DNA of 64,000 bases from Flavobacteriales bacterium. Its GTDB lineage: Bacteria; Bacteroidota; Bacteroidia; CAIKAF01. The DNA lies in assembly GCA_018401695.1 (NCBI GenBank), contig JAGYKD010000001.1:348016-412015 (forward strand), in the 5' to 3' direction. A program made the position numbers and the translations under genes. Below are positions 63,572 through 64,000 of this stretch, one piece after another (within the stretch, counting starts at the first letter, position 1; the number at the start of each line of letters is the position of its first letter). The notes under the pieces are model-generated. The model had not been told where the DNA came from. It saw only the letters and a list, made by a program, of their open reading frames with translations, and did not search any database.

Positions 63572-64000
63572 ATGAAACGCATTGTTTTTGCTTTGTTGGC
63601 TAGCTTATGTGTAGGTCTTTTGCAAGCACAAAATCCTGTACAGGAGGACCCGCTTTTTAAAAAAGCCCAAAAACTTCAAGAAAAAGGCCGTTATGCAAAA
63701 AGTTCGGAGACGCTGCAATGGCTTTTTGACCAAGGCAAGGTAGAACCGGAATATCTGATGCTGCACATAACCAACCTCATCGCCTTGGATAATTTTAAGG
63801 AAGCTTTTGGTTTGTTGAATACAAGCATTCAGCGTTTCCCAAAATCTGTGAAACTCCTACAATTGAAGGCTTTAATCCTTTCGGAAATGAGGCGTTTTGA
63901 GGAAGAAGCGGAGGTTTGGACGCAATCGCTCGGCGTGGTTTCCAACGACACGCTTTTTCACCATTTCTTAGGGAATCGGGGCATGGCCTATTTTCGATCG
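63572..64000 (+). CDS. TPR-repeat protein with signal peptide (5' part; continues beyond the window)
   Basis: MKRIVFALLASLCVGLLQAQ signal, then TPR-like helices. Truncated by the window edge. Confidence 0.5.
   Translation, partial: MKRIVFALLASLCVGLLQAQNPVQEDPLFKKAQKLQEKGRYAKSSETLQWLFDQGKVEPEYLMLHITNLIALDNFKEAFGLLNTSIQRFPKSVKLLQLKALILSEMRRFEEEAEVWTQSLGVVSNDTLFHHFLGNRGMAYFRS

Overview
This is a chromosomal segment from a Bacteroidota genome at roughly 50% GC. The phylum assignment rests on three multi-domain cargo proteins that end in type IX secretion (T9SS) C-terminal sorting domains, a delta-60-repeat T9SS protein, a DUF2147 protein, a candidate Bacteroidota-type LptE and a hemolysin/CNNM-type protein that may be GldE.

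Most genes are housekeeping: miaB, a sigma-54 activator, groES-groEL, secG, galE, dinB with a divergent HTH-S24 (LexA-like) regulator, a CBS-domain cysteine-synthase-like enzyme, pheT, sua5/tsaC, enoyl-CoA hydratase, asnB plus a glycosyltransferase, tatC, sucA-sucB, methylmalonyl-CoA mutase mutA/mutB, a photolyase, a PpiD-like PPIase, and a thiol/redox cluster (YkgJ, DCC, DsbA-like, di-heme cytochrome c).

Three very large secreted T9SS proteins (1.2 to 2.1 thousand aa) carry GEVED (GETEDY), parallel beta-helix and PKD modules; two of them are tandem paralogs. They are the main accessory content.

The most striking signal that no gene explains is a GC-rich (~65-70% GC) repeat of ~165-200 bp. 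It occurs at least 9 times (10 counting a doubtful copy) in 64 kb, always in intergenic spacers, in alternating orientation, and two subfamilies share a core with a conserved hairpin. Many short ORFs in the six-frame track fall inside these repeats and are spurious.

Other signals: paired perfect palindromes sharing a CAAAATTTTG core downstream of the tandem T9SS genes, a 750-bp AT-rich untranslated region upstream of the giant T9SS gene, and an in-frame TGA splitting a small membrane-protein gene. No rRNA, tRNA, CRISPR array or transposase gene was recognised.
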